Part shown: in pieces, positions 10,144-19,377 of the stretch
Position numbering within the stretch: the stretch's first letter is position 1
Layout: each line of letters opens with the position of its first letter
Assembly (NCBI GenBank): GCA_964409385.1
Contig: CAYPCY010000004.1
Span: 1 to 45,982 of the forward strand
Direction of reading: 5' to 3'
Length of the DNA stretch: 45,982 nt
From: an uncultured Methanosarcinales archaeon
GTDB taxonomy: Archaea > Nanobdellota > Nanobdellia > Woesearchaeales > CAYPCY01
Program-made: the position numbers and the translations under genes
The notes under the pieces: generated by a model
Database searches by the model: none
What the model saw: only the letters and a program-made list of their open reading frames with translations
Told to the model about the DNA's origin: nothing

Positions 10144-10470
10144 ATGGAAGAAGAAACAATCCCTGATGTTAGCGAAATACAACCATTAGTAGACTTCACT
10201 AAAAACACACAACCACAAAAACCACACCCATCACTAATAGCAGACAAGAGTTTCGAAGCAAAAACAAAATTAATCAGCCTATTAAATTCCGAAATAAAAA
10301 CAAAATCACTGCTAGTTTCAGAACTTCATGATACGCTAGAATTAATGAAAAAGAAAATAATCTCGCTAGAAAATGCACTAAAATTAGTAGAAGAAGAAAA
10401 CATACTACTAACTGTTAAGAACCAATACTTGAAAGAACAAGTTGACCTAATAACTAAGTCAAGCTCTTAA
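10144..10470 (+). CDS. Hypothetical coiled-coil protein
   Basis: 108-aa ORF with heptad-like C-terminal half; codon style matches neighbouring genes. Confidence 0.6.
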   Translation: MEEETIPDVSEIQPLVDFTKNTQPQKPHPSLIADKSFEAKTKLISLLNSEIKTKSLLVSELHDTLELMKKKIISLENALKLVEEENILLTVKNQYLKEQVDLITKSSS

Positions 10471-11371
10471 CAAGAATAGAATTCTGTAAAGTTTTTTCAT
10501 AAGCAAAACCCAAACTAATGTCAATAGGTTTAATATAATCTCCAGGTTGAGAAATTTGCTGTTGACACCTAATAATTTTCTCTCCAGACTGAAGCCTAAC
10601 CAAACCATGAGTTCCCTCACTCAACCCATTACAAAACAAACTACCTTCAATACCTGTAGTTACAGTAACGTAAACCCTATCATCAGCATTCACATTATCT
10701 GCATCACACAAACTATCCTTAGAAAAAACAACTCCAGAACCAAGATGTTTCACAGTAAAAGAAAATGCAGTAGTATCCTCACTAACAGGAGATTGTCTTA
10801 AGCTAACAACTTGAATAGGAGATGAAGAACTATGAACAATCTTTTCCCCCCTATTAGAACAAACAGTCTCGTCAGAATCTAAATTATCTTCCTTAATACA
10901 AAGATCAGAAACAACACCAGTTCCATAATTATAACAAGCATCAATTACAAATTCAAAATTTCTATTACCAGCCAGAGATTCCATATAATTAAGACCTGAA
11001 AAACTCAATGTAGTAAAAGTTCCAGGAAGCACATCACCACTATCAGGATCTTTCTTAGTCTCTTCCAAATTAGCTTCAACACTCTTAGTAAAAGCAGAAG
11101 AATCAACCCCAAAAGCAGCAGCTTCTAAACCACGAAGTTTAAACTGTGTTTCATCCATAGGAACATAATGTTCGCCCAAATTTTCAATCTCTAAAGTAAT
11201 ATCGAAAGAAGACTGTCCAGAATCATAAGTTTCTGAAGGTGGTTCTCCCTCAAGGAATGCAATTCCCAAACTAGAACTTCCTCCAATAAAAGGAGATTCT
11301 GTATTCAAACCAGGCTCACTACCACAAGCAGCAAGCAAAAAACTCATAACTATTAAATATTGTAATTTCAT
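10454..11371 (-). CDS. Putative lipoprotein, DPANN Cys-containing beta-sandwich family (paralog 3)
   Basis: Start reassigned to ATG 11371 (SD GAGGTTGA); signal peptide with lipobox LAAC; shares motifs F..PP, CY.Y.T...C, P..V, GSG with two neighbours. Confidence 0.8.
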   Translation of the reverse strand: MKLQYLIVMSFLLAACGSEPGLNTESPFIGGSSSLGIAFLEGEPPSETYDSGQSSFDITLEIENLGEHYVPMDETQFKLRGLEAAAFGVDSSAFTKSVEANLEETKKDPDSGDVLPGTFTTLSFSGLNYMESLAGNRNFEFVIDACYNYGTGVVSDLCIKEDNLDSDETVCSNRGEKIVHSSSSPIQVVSLRQSPVSEDTTAFSFTVKHLGSGVVFSKDSLCDADNVNADDRVYVTVTTGIEGSLFCNGLSEGTHGLVRLQSGEKIIRCQQQISQPGDYIKPIDISLGFAYEKTLQNSILVKSLT

Positions 11372-11381
11372 ATTATCAACC

Positions 11382-12665
11382 TCAAATCTTTTTAATACTA
11401 ATCCTCTTTTGTATTTCTTGACGATAAGCATAACCTAATTCAATAAATAAAGGAGTTTCATAAGCAGACACTTGACCAGTCCAATCCATATCAAACTCGC
11501 ACATCACCTGACCACGACCATTAACAAGCCTAACTTCCCTGCCAGGAGTACACTTCAACTGAACACCAGAAAGTCTAATATCTTCAATATAAACAGTGTT
11601 TAAATCAAGAGGAGAAACTAATTTATCATAATAAGGACTACACTTATTAATTCTATAATAATCATAAATAGTACCTGGACCTACATTCTCAATAAAAATA
11701 TTAAAAAATACTTTCTTAGGAGTGGTTTCTTGATCTATCTTAGTAACAGCAACAGGAGCACCCTGCCCACCACCAACAGACTGAGATCTCAAAGGAACAC
11801 ACGCCTTCTTTTGATTACTATAAGGATTAGGATCCACACAAACCGAAGGAGTAGCAACAGTAGCATACAAGTAACAACTAGTAATTTGCAAATTAGGATT
11901 ATAATCAGTCATGCCCTCAGGCATATTCTCAACCCATCCAGAAAAATCAATATTAACCCGCTCACCACCATAATAATTATTATTATTACCATTAATAACT
12001 CTTGTTTTAGCAAGTTTATCAGCAAAACTACCAAGTATTATAGCGCCCTTAATCATAAATCTTGCCCCCTTCTCAAAACTATTGCTAATAAACGCAAGAT
12101 TATCATTTGTAGCCTGCCAAGAAACTTCACCATCAGCATATTCAATATTCAAATCCAAATCACCTAACCAAGAACAACCACTACCTTCACCAGTCAAGGA
12201 ATCGCAAAGATTCTCAAAAAAATCAAGATTATTAATATTAATACTACTCCACCAATCAGAACCCTCACCCAAATTCCCTAAGAAGACATTACCCCAATTA
12301 CAATCAGCACCCAATCTATTAAAATCTTGAAAATAATCAATGGTAAAGTCACAATCTGCAGCAGAAGGTTGTCCAGGATCAATACCCTCAATTTTAATCA
12401 TTGAAGGATCAAAACCAGAAATGTAAAAATTACTAACAGTAGTTATGGCACCAACATTATGGGCCTCAACCAAGACAGGAAAGGTATTTTCATCACCCTC
12501 ACTAACATAAATAGTTGGAGGAGGCATATTATCAATAAATCTCATCCGAATACCTTCAGAACCTCTAAAGAAATCTTCTTGAGTTCCAGGCTCTCGAGTT
12601 CCAGGAGTACAAGAAACAATAAAAACTAGAAAAATCGCAAGTAAGAATAAAAATTTGAATTTCAT
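11382..12665 (-). CDS. Putative lipoprotein, same family (paralog 2) with acidic Cys/Trp insertion
   Basis: MKFKFLFLLAIFLVFIVSC lipobox; GSEGIRMRFIDNMPP, CYLYATV, GGQGAPVAVTK, ELGYAY. Confidence 0.8.
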   Translation of the reverse strand: MKFKFLFLLAIFLVFIVSCTPGTREPGTQEDFFRGSEGIRMRFIDNMPPPTIYVSEGDENTFPVLVEAHNVGAITTVSNFYISGFDPSMIKIEGIDPGQPSAADCDFTIDYFQDFNRLGADCNWGNVFLGNLGEGSDWWSSININNLDFFENLCDSLTGEGSGCSWLGDLDLNIEYADGEVSWQATNDNLAFISNSFEKGARFMIKGAIILGSFADKLAKTRVINGNNNNYYGGERVNIDFSGWVENMPEGMTDYNPNLQITSCYLYATVATPSVCVDPNPYSNQKKACVPLRSQSVGGGQGAPVAVTKIDQETTPKKVFFNIFIENVGPGTIYDYYRINKCSPYYDKLVSPLDLNTVYIEDIRLSGVQLKCTPGREVRLVNGRGQVMCEFDMDWTGQVSAYETPLFIELGYAYRQEIQKRISIKKI

Positions 12666-12760
12666 TATCCTTTTTTGGGTTCTTTACACTATATAAAATT
12701 TTTGCTAACAAATTTTAAATGTAGGATCATAAGTTCTAATTATATTCTTTTTTTTAAAAA

Positions 12761-13705
12761 CTAGTTTCTTCTAACAACAGTAACTTCCTTACTTTCCTGA
12801 TCAAAATAACCATATTCTGCAACAACCCTCAAAAAACGAGAATAAGCAGCACCACCCCTAGCAAAATTTTCAGAAGTCTTCGCAATACACCTGATTGAAG
12901 GTTCAGGAGAATTCAATCTAACAATACCATTACTATAACACTCAAGCTCCTCACCAGACAAGTAAGCCCTGACTTTCACAACATGCCAAGCATCAATATC
13001 AATACTCTGACCAGAACAAACATTCAAAACTTCAGTATTTTCAACAACAGTACCAGAACCAACATTACTAAAATAAATTTTAAAATAAGGTTTTATTAAA
13101 TCCCCTTCTGAAAAAAAATCAGTTTCTAATTTAGTGACAGCAACAGGACCGCCCTGACCTTTAGCAAATTTTTCATCAGTAGTTTCACAAGGTTGGGCTT
13201 GTAAATCACTACCTAATTCACTTCTCTGCACACAAATATCATCAGTAAAGACAGTCCTATAATTATAGCAAGAAACAGCACTAATTGTAGTAGAAGGATT
13301 TTGTAATTGACCATGCAATTCCTTACTTTTCATATTATAATTAGTATAAACTTCACCACCCAAAGGAAACTCAACAGATTTTCCAGGAATACTCTGCTGA
13401 AGATTAAATAAACTACCTAATTGTGAAAAGAAACTAGCATCACTATTTTCCATTGTAAAATATAAACTATCATAATTAATCTTATGATATAATTCAGAAA
13501 CATTACTCGCGCCCCGATTCTTCAAAATTACATGAATAGTGAAAGGCTCATTCTCAGGAATTTCAGAAGGTGGAGAATTTTTAGCAAAATCAATGATCAA
13601 ACCATCCTCTCCCTCAAGATAATTAATATCAAAACTACTCGGGCCAGAATTACCACAAGATACTAAAAAAAAACTAACAAAAACAACAAAAAATAACTTA
13701 TTCAT
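12761..13705 (-). CDS. Putative lipoprotein, same family (paralog 1)
   Basis: Start reassigned to ATG 13705; lipobox LVSC; GEDGLIIDFAKNSPP, CYNYRTV, GQGGPVAVTK, EYGY. Confidence 0.8.
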   Translation of the reverse strand: MNKLFFVVFVSFFLVSCGNSGPSSFDINYLEGEDGLIIDFAKNSPPSEIPENEPFTIHVILKNRGASNVSELYHKINYDSLYFTMENSDASFFSQLGSLFNLQQSIPGKSVEFPLGGEVYTNYNMKSKELHGQLQNPSTTISAVSCYNYRTVFTDDICVQRSELGSDLQAQPCETTDEKFAKGQGGPVAVTKLETDFFSEGDLIKPYFKIYFSNVGSGTVVENTEVLNVCSGQSIDIDAWHVVKVRAYLSGEELECYSNGIVRLNSPEPSIRCIAKTSENFARGGAAYSRFLRVVAEYGYFDQESKEVTVVRRN

Positions 13706-15302
13706 TCTCAACAGGCACCTCAATAACATTAATAACTTTATAACTTGAAACTTCATAAGTATAATCAACATCCACCAATAAAGTTCTAGTATTCAAAGAA
13801 CCAATCAACAATGAAGGAACATCAACAACCCTAAACCAACAATTAATAGTTTTAAAACTATTCTTAACAACAGAAATATCATTAAAAACATAAGCAGTAT
13901 AACCTTCATCATAAACTCTCATATCAGAAACAGCAACACCAGAACAAGAATCAATTTCCAACTCATTAGGCAATGCAAAAACTAACTCATTAATTTTTAA
14001 TAATCTACCATTATGCCAATCAGGATCAAGAGTCACTCCAAAAACTCTTGTTTCAATATTATTCTCAACACCCAAAGGTTGACTTCCTGAATTAATACCT
14101 ATTTTCAAAGGTCCCGGTGTGTAAATTGCCATTGGTTCTTCAGGAACGTCAAGCTCTCTATTAACATCAACACCTTCCCTCCTGTAACTATTAAGTAATT
14201 CTTGGCTAATAAAATGGAAAGGAACATACGCCAGAGTGTTAAAATCAAAAGTGCTCTTAAAATTAACTTTATACTGTCCCTTTTCACGACCACTCAAAGC
14301 ACATTCTAAATTTCTAAAATCTTCTCGAATAATAGAAAAACTTTCAGGTCTAATAATACCAACTTCAAGAACAGACGTACCTTTAGAAAGACTACATTCA
14401 TTAACAACATTAATTTCTTCATCTTCCAATGTGCTAGCAGTAATATCTGCCCAAACAATCAAAGGAGAATTCTCATAAATTACCGAATCGAGAGTTTCAA
14501 TATTAGAAATTTTAACACCTAACGCCATATATCTTCCCTGTTCAACCTTTCCCTTATACTTTTCACCAGTCAATTCCGCCAAAGTTCTATTAATAAATTC
14601 TCCAGGATCAGGAAGATCTGGGAAAACAATTTTATCTCCCAAATCAGAAAATGCACCACTAACAAATTTCCAAGTATCACCAATAACACTAGACGCATCA
14701 ACACTATAACTTCCAGTATCTAAATTATCCAAACCGAGTTTGCTAATTGCAAAAACAATAGCAACAATAACCCAAGCTAAAAGAATAATAAGCATTGCTT
14801 GCTTAATTAATTCGCTCTTAATCAAATCCTGTCTAACAATAAAGAATAAAAACCAGGCAGGAAAGAAAACAAGAACGAAATCAACACCAGGAACTTCAAT
14901 AAAAGTTCTTAATAAAGGAATAAAAACGGCAATAGCAGAAGGAATTAAGAAAACACCCCAATTTTTCAAGATTTCAGTAACACCCTTTGCCTTAGTAAAA
15001 ATGAAAACTGCAAGTAATGCAAGAAATAAATAAGCTAGAACAAAAATATAAACTTGTCCTCCACCTCTTTGAAAACCCGCATAAAAATCGTAAAAATGAA
15101 GCCCAAATAATGCAATGAAGAAAATAGATTCTTTAACATCTAATTTTTTAGTAAAAAATCCATAACCTATGAAAAAACCAAGTCCGAAAACAATTCCACC
15201 AACTAAACCACCCATAAAATAACCAAGTATGAAACCAAAAAAAACAAAAATTAAACCGTGCCAATTACTACTATTGTTGGATGGAAGAACAATAGGATTC
15301 AT
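13698..15302 (-). CDS. Polytopic membrane protein with large extracellular beta-rich C-terminal domain
   Basis: About 6-7 hydrophobic segments in the first 190 aa; C-terminal region with FDFNT, PGPL.IGI and VDYTY echoes the lipoprotein paralogs. Confidence 0.75.
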   Translation of the reverse strand: MNPIVLPSNNSSNWHGLIFVFFGFILGYFMGGLVGGIVFGLGFFIGYGFFTKKLDVKESIFFIALFGLHFYDFYAGFQRGGGQVYIFVLAYLFLALLAVFIFTKAKGVTEILKNWGVFLIPSAIAVFIPLLRTFIEVPGVDFVLVFFPAWFLFFIVRQDLIKSELIKQAMLIILLAWVIVAIVFAISKLGLDNLDTGSYSVDASSVIGDTWKFVSGAFSDLGDKIVFPDLPDPGEFINRTLAELTGEKYKGKVEQGRYMALGVKISNIETLDSVIYENSPLIVWADITASTLEDEEINVVNECSLSKGTSVLEVGIIRPESFSIIREDFRNLECALSGREKGQYKVNFKSTFDFNTLAYVPFHFISQELLNSYRREGVDVNRELDVPEEPMAIYTPGPLKIGINSGSQPLGVENNIETRVFGVTLDPDWHNGRLLKINELVFALPNELEIDSCSGVAVSDMRVYDEGYTAYVFNDISVVKNSFKTINCWFRVVDVPSLLIGSLNTRTLLVDVDYTYEVSSYKVINVIEVPVENE

Positions 15303-16426
15303 TCTATTTCAATCTTCAACTCAACAATGTTCAAAGTACCATCAGGAATGATTTGTAAGCCGTTCGATCCCTCCTCTAAAAAGTCTGAAATTTCTTTTTC
15401 ATATTCAAGTTCTGATTGATCAATTCGTGTAGTAATACCATTTATAACAATATCTCCTTGTTTTCTAGTATCATCATCTACAAATCTAATACTTAAAGTA
15501 ATTTGTTCATTAAGTTGTTCTTCAGAAACTTCAAAATAATAAACAGAATAAATAGGTTCTTCAAGTTCAGTATTTATAAGAGTTTGTTCAATAGTATAAT
15601 GTCCTGTGGTTTTGAATTGGATATTATTTGTTCCAGTAATATATTCTTTAGGAAGATCAAATAAATTAAAACCAGAACAGTCAGGAGATCCAGAATAAAC
15701 AGTTTTACCATTAAGAGTTATTTCTAAAAGACCATCTTTTATTTTACTACAAACAAATCTAAAACGAGCCTTTTCAATTGCAGCAAGTTCGGAATCAGTT
15801 ACAACAAAATTATGTTCAGCAAAAGATGCAGAATCATCAATAATATTTCCTGTAATTTTAAACATTTCAAGATAATGCTTATTAACCCTCCAAAATTTCC
15901 AACCAGGACTTTTAGTTTCAACAAATAAATTATTTTCAGAATCTAAATATTCTAAATCAATAGGACCTACATTTCCAGAAGCAGGACCTGTATAAATATT
16001 CTTACCATTAAATGAAATGCTTAAATCTCCAAGAAAATCTTTACCATTAAAACTCAATATTGGTTTTTCAACAACTCCTCTAAATTGAAAATTAATAGAC
16101 TCTGTCTTATCCGAAAATAAAGAATTCCTAGTATATACATAAGGGAATTCTTTAATAATTGCTGCTTCAGACTTTACATACAAAGAAAATGCAGGCAAAG
16201 AATGTTCAACAAAACTAGCTCCAGGATCTAATAAGGTTCCGGGAGTTTCTAATAATAAAACAGATTCCTCTTCAGAATCTGAATCACCAGTATTGCCAGT
16301 ATCATTAATACCTAATAAATCATCCCTATCTCCAGGAGGAAGAAATAAAATATATAGTAGAATAACAACAGCTATTATAAGAACTAAAAGCGCCGCGTCT
16401 CCTCCTGAAGTCTGACCTTTTTTCAT
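15299..16426 (-). CDS. Class III (prepilin-type) signal peptide protein
   Basis: MKKG|QTSGGDAALLVLIIAVVILLYILFL, followed by repeated beta-rich jelly-roll-like segments. Confidence 0.75.
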   Translation of the reverse strand: MKKGQTSGGDAALLVLIIAVVILLYILFLPPGDRDDLLGINDTGNTGDSDSEEESVLLLETPGTLLDPGASFVEHSLPAFSLYVKSEAAIIKEFPYVYTRNSLFSDKTESINFQFRGVVEKPILSFNGKDFLGDLSISFNGKNIYTGPASGNVGPIDLEYLDSENNLFVETKSPGWKFWRVNKHYLEMFKITGNIIDDSASFAEHNFVVTDSELAAIEKARFRFVCSKIKDGLLEITLNGKTVYSGSPDCSGFNLFDLPKEYITGTNNIQFKTTGHYTIEQTLINTELEEPIYSVYYFEVSEEQLNEQITLSIRFVDDDTRKQGDIVINGITTRIDQSELEYEKEISDFLEEGSNGLQIIPDGTLNIVELKIEIE

Positions 16427-16475
16427 AGACTAAACAATACTTAATTTTATATATAAGCTTTTCTGTTCGTAAACT
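16427..16475. promoter_or_regulatory. Compact divergent promoter (TATA TTTTATATATAA)
   Basis: 49-bp gap between divergent genes with a central TATA usable in both directions. Confidence 0.55.
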
Positions 16476-17468
16476 ATGAGAATTCTAACCAAAAATTTTA
16501 AAGAATTTGTAAAATTAATTCCTGAAAACTATGATGATTTATTACTAATTCAAGAAAATTTAAACAAGCAAGACATGGTTAAAGGTATTGCTTATAGAAA
16601 AGTAAATTTAGCAGGAAAGGAAGATAAATCAAAAACTGTAAAGAAAAAATATTTTTTAACAATAGAAGTTGAAAAAACGGAATTAAAAGATAACTTAAAA
16701 ATAATAGGCAAAATAAGAAATGCTCCGAAAGATTTGCCTGAAGGTGCAATCCAATCAATAAATATAGATTTAGAAGATGAAATAAGAATAAGTAAAGAAT
16801 GGCAAGATTATGAAATAAATTTTTTAAAAGAGGCAATAAAGAAGAAAAGAAAAATTCTAATTGTTGCTTTTGATAGTGAAGAAGCAAATTTTGCAAAAAT
16901 TAGTGGAAATATGAAGAAGATAATTCTAAAACTAAAAGGAGTAGGAAACAAAAAACAATTCAAGATTGAAAAATCAAATTTTTTTAAAGAAATTAATAAG
17001 TCTATAAACGAAATCACTAAACAAGAAACTTTTGATAGTATAATTCTCGCATCGCCCAATTTTTGGAAGAAAAATATGCAAGAATCATTAAATACTGAAT
17101 TAAAGAAAAAAATAATTTTTGCAACAATATCAACAGGTAAGCCAGCAGGAATAGATGAAACTTTGAAAAGACCAGAATTAAAAAAAGCAATGGAAACAGC
17201 AAATTGTGCTGAAGAACAAATTCTTTTTGAAGAAGTTATGAAAAAAATTTCAAAAGAAGAAGCAGTTTATGGAATGAAAGACATAAAAAAAGCAATAGAC
17301 TATGGTGCTGTTGAAACATTAATACTTTCAAAATCATTAATTAAAGAAAGAATATTAATACAAAAAGCAGAATCTGCAAAGTGCAAAATAAAAATATTTT
17401 CTTCAGAAGTAAAAGAAAAACTAGATAATCTGGGTGGAATTGCAGCAATCTTAAGATTCAGAATTTAA
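16476..17468 (+). CDS. pelA: mRNA surveillance protein Pelota (Dom34)
   Basis: VKLIPENYDDL, IILASPNFWK, AVYGMKDIKKAIDYGAVETL, LGGIAAILRF. Confidence 0.92.
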   Translation: MRILTKNFKEFVKLIPENYDDLLLIQENLNKQDMVKGIAYRKVNLAGKEDKSKTVKKKYFLTIEVEKTELKDNLKIIGKIRNAPKDLPEGAIQSINIDLEDEIRISKEWQDYEINFLKEAIKKKRKILIVAFDSEEANFAKISGNMKKIILKLKGVGNKKQFKIEKSNFFKEINKSINEITKQETFDSIILASPNFWKKNMQESLNTELKKKIIFATISTGKPAGIDETLKRPELKKAMETANCAEEQILFEEVMKKISKEEAVYGMKDIKKAIDYGAVETLILSKSLIKERILIQKAESAKCKIKIFSSEVKEKLDNLGGIAAILRFRI

Positions 17469-17924
17469 GTAATTAACTGTTTGAGGAATTAAGAAAGAAA
17501 TAACATATGCTAAAGCAGGAAAAATACCTCTATTTTTAATAAAATCAAAATTTTCAGCAAATAAATTACTTACAGTGAAAAAAATAAAGAATGCAGATAT
17601 AGGAACAAAAAACAAAGAAAAAGTCTTATCAGAACTAGACCTATCTAATTCATTAAGAATTAAAGCAAAAACAGTCCCGAACAATATGCCTGCTATCAAA
17701 ACCATCGAATAAAGAACGAAAGTATCTCCTGCAATCATTAAAGGAATAAGCAATAATGCAAAAGCGAAATTACCCACGATAACAACAAATAAAACCAACC
17801 AATAAATTACATCTTCAAAAGTATTTTTTTTACTTTTTTCTCTTTTCAAAATTTCTTTAGTCTTTTTAATATCTTCTTCAGACCATCCTCTCATCAAATA
17901 CCTATCTTCAGAAAATTTAACCAT
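17451..17924 (-). CDS. Hypothetical membrane protein (4 TM)
   Basis: N-terminal RGWSEEDI helix, then four hydrophobic segments; overlaps upstream gene. Confidence 0.7.
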   Translation of the reverse strand: MVKFSEDRYLMRGWSEEDIKKTKEILKREKSKKNTFEDVIYWLVLFVVIVGNFAFALLLIPLMIAGDTFVLYSMVLIAGILFGTVFALILNELDRSSSDKTFSLFFVPISAFFIFFTVSNLFAENFDFIKNRGIFPALAYVISFLIPQTVNYLNSES

Positions 17925-18351
17925 TTTTTACAGTTTCAGAAACAAAAGTATAAAACTCTTTTAACAAAGCATAATATTCGCCCATCCTGTCAATATTCAA
18001 TTTTAATTCTTCATTGTCAACAGTGCATATAAGAGCTACATGTCGTCTATATTCACATTCTCTAGAGTGTTCTGCTTTCAATACTCTTCTTAACAAAAGA
18101 TATAATTTAATATTTTCTTGAACAAGTTCTTCTTTGAATTTTTCTCGAACAATTTCTGCTTTAGCAATAGGAGAAGAAGTTTCATTATCAAAAGTTTTAA
18201 TTAAAGAGCTAACCAAAAATTCATATGAAGAAACCATTCTTTTTACAACATTATAAATGACATCACCAGTTCTAGTATATTTTAAGCTTACAAAAATTAA
18301 ATGATCAACACGTTTTAGTTCATCCTTCGCGTTTTTCAAATTTTCAATCAT
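17917..18351 (-). CDS. Conserved hypothetical helical protein (HEPN-like?)
   Basis: AKDELKRVDHLIFVSLKYTRT...EYRRHVALIC; paralog of the upstream ORF. Confidence 0.7.
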   Translation of the reverse strand: MIENLKNAKDELKRVDHLIFVSLKYTRTGDVIYNVVKRMVSSYEFLVSSLIKTFDNETSSPIAKAEIVREKFKEELVQENIKLYLLLRRVLKAEHSRECEYRRHVALICTVDNEELKLNIDRMGEYYALLKEFYTFVSETVKNG

Positions 18352-18806
18352 TCTATAATTTCACCACAATGTACAACTAGTAATCTTCCCAAATTAATAT
18401 AGTTTTTTATTTGTGAAACATTTATTGTTCTCATTTGATAACTTTCATTACAAATAACAAATTTATCTCGTCTCGAAAATTCAATAGGAGATTTTTTATG
18501 TTCTCGAATTATATCATGTAATATTCTTAAAAGTCGAACTTCATCCTTATTTAAATTATATTTAGGAGAAACTCTGTCCTTAAATATAGAATAAGCATGA
18601 TTAAAATTATTGGTAAATATAGGAATTCGTTTATACTTTCTTTCAAAATTCAAGACTGAAAACATGGCATAATTACACCCTTTAAACAAATTATTCACAA
18701 CAGCAACTAATATTTTAGGATCTTTAATTAAAGGATATGTTTGTGTTAACATATGATCTGCAGCTTTAACCTTGCACCGGGCTTGATAAATTAATGGTTC
18801 ATCCAT
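18348..18806 (-). CDS. Conserved hypothetical helical protein (HEPN-like?)
   Basis: ARCKVKAADHMLTQTYPLIKDPK...EFSRRDKFVIC; start reassigned to ATG 18806. Confidence 0.7.
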   Translation of the reverse strand: MDEPLIYQARCKVKAADHMLTQTYPLIKDPKILVAVVNNLFKGCNYAMFSVLNFERKYKRIPIFTNNFNHAYSIFKDRVSPKYNLNKDEVRLLRILHDIIREHKKSPIEFSRRDKFVICNESYQMRTINVSQIKNYINLGRLLVVHCGEIIE

Positions 18807-18837
18807 TATTAAAATAGAGTTTTGAGGGTATAAAAAC

Positions 18838-19173
18838 TTAATCATTCAAAGAAATAATAGCCTCAGCGATATCTCCTTGCGAGGTTTCTAAAGCTTTCAA
18901 AGCGGAATCTTCAGAACAATTTGCTTGATCCATCACTGTTTTAATATCTTCTTCAGTTATTTCAAACCTTTCAGAACTTTCTTCAGTAATACTTCCTGAA
19001 ATTTGAAAATTGTCAGTACCTTGCATCTTAATTTTAGAAACTGAAGGATTATTGATTATGATGTTTTTATCAGCACATTTAATAATAACTTGAGAAGCAA
19101 CTATTTCTTCTTGGCTAATGCCAAGTTTTCTCATCATTTGTTTTGCTTGTCTTGGATTAACACCAGGAATCAT
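18838..19173 (-). CDS. nac: Nascent polypeptide-associated complex protein
   Basis: MIPGVNPRQAKQMMRKLGI...EEDIKTVMDQA...GDIAEAI (NAC + UBA); start ATG 19173 with SD GGTGTGA. Confidence 0.93.
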   Translation of the reverse strand: MIPGVNPRQAKQMMRKLGISQEEIVASQVIIKCADKNIIINNPSVSKIKMQGTDNFQISGSITEESSERFEITEEDIKTVMDQANCSEDSALKALETSQGDIAEAIISLND

Positions 19174-19175
19174 AT

Positions 19176-19334
19176 TCACACCATTAAATGAACTATTACT
19201 GCTAGAATTATTACTACAACACATAAGGCAACAACTAAATTAGGGCTTATTTGAATTTTTGTCGTACTTTCATCCCAATATTGAGTTATTCCTGCAGTAC
19301 TGCTAGGAAGTCTAACTTTATTATCTCTAGCCAT
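19176..19334 (-). CDS. secG: Preprotein translocase subunit Sec61beta (52 aa)
   Basis: Manual translation MARDNKVRLPSSTAGITQYWDESTTKIQISPNLVVALCVVVIILAVIVHLMV; S.AG...Y.DE...I.ISP + TM helix; absent from the ORF track. Confidence 0.9.
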   Translation of the reverse strand: MARDNKVRLPSSTAGITQYWDESTTKIQISPNLVVALCVVVIILAVIVHLMV

Positions 19335-19377
19335 AATATACAGAATTAGAACAATATTAAAAAAGCTTTTGATTTAT

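Noticed and set aside
454..10159. Many antisense or alternate-frame ORFs rich in F/L/S/I (e.g. 1017-1331, 1481-1885, 1886-2413, 4527-5048, 9080-9592)
   Set aside because: Shadows of strongly A-rich real genes; no motifs, and they overlap confident CDSs or the origin
19174..19224. MCCSNNSSS N-terminus of NAC
   Set aside because: Alternate frame of the Sec61beta TM helix; the true start is 19173
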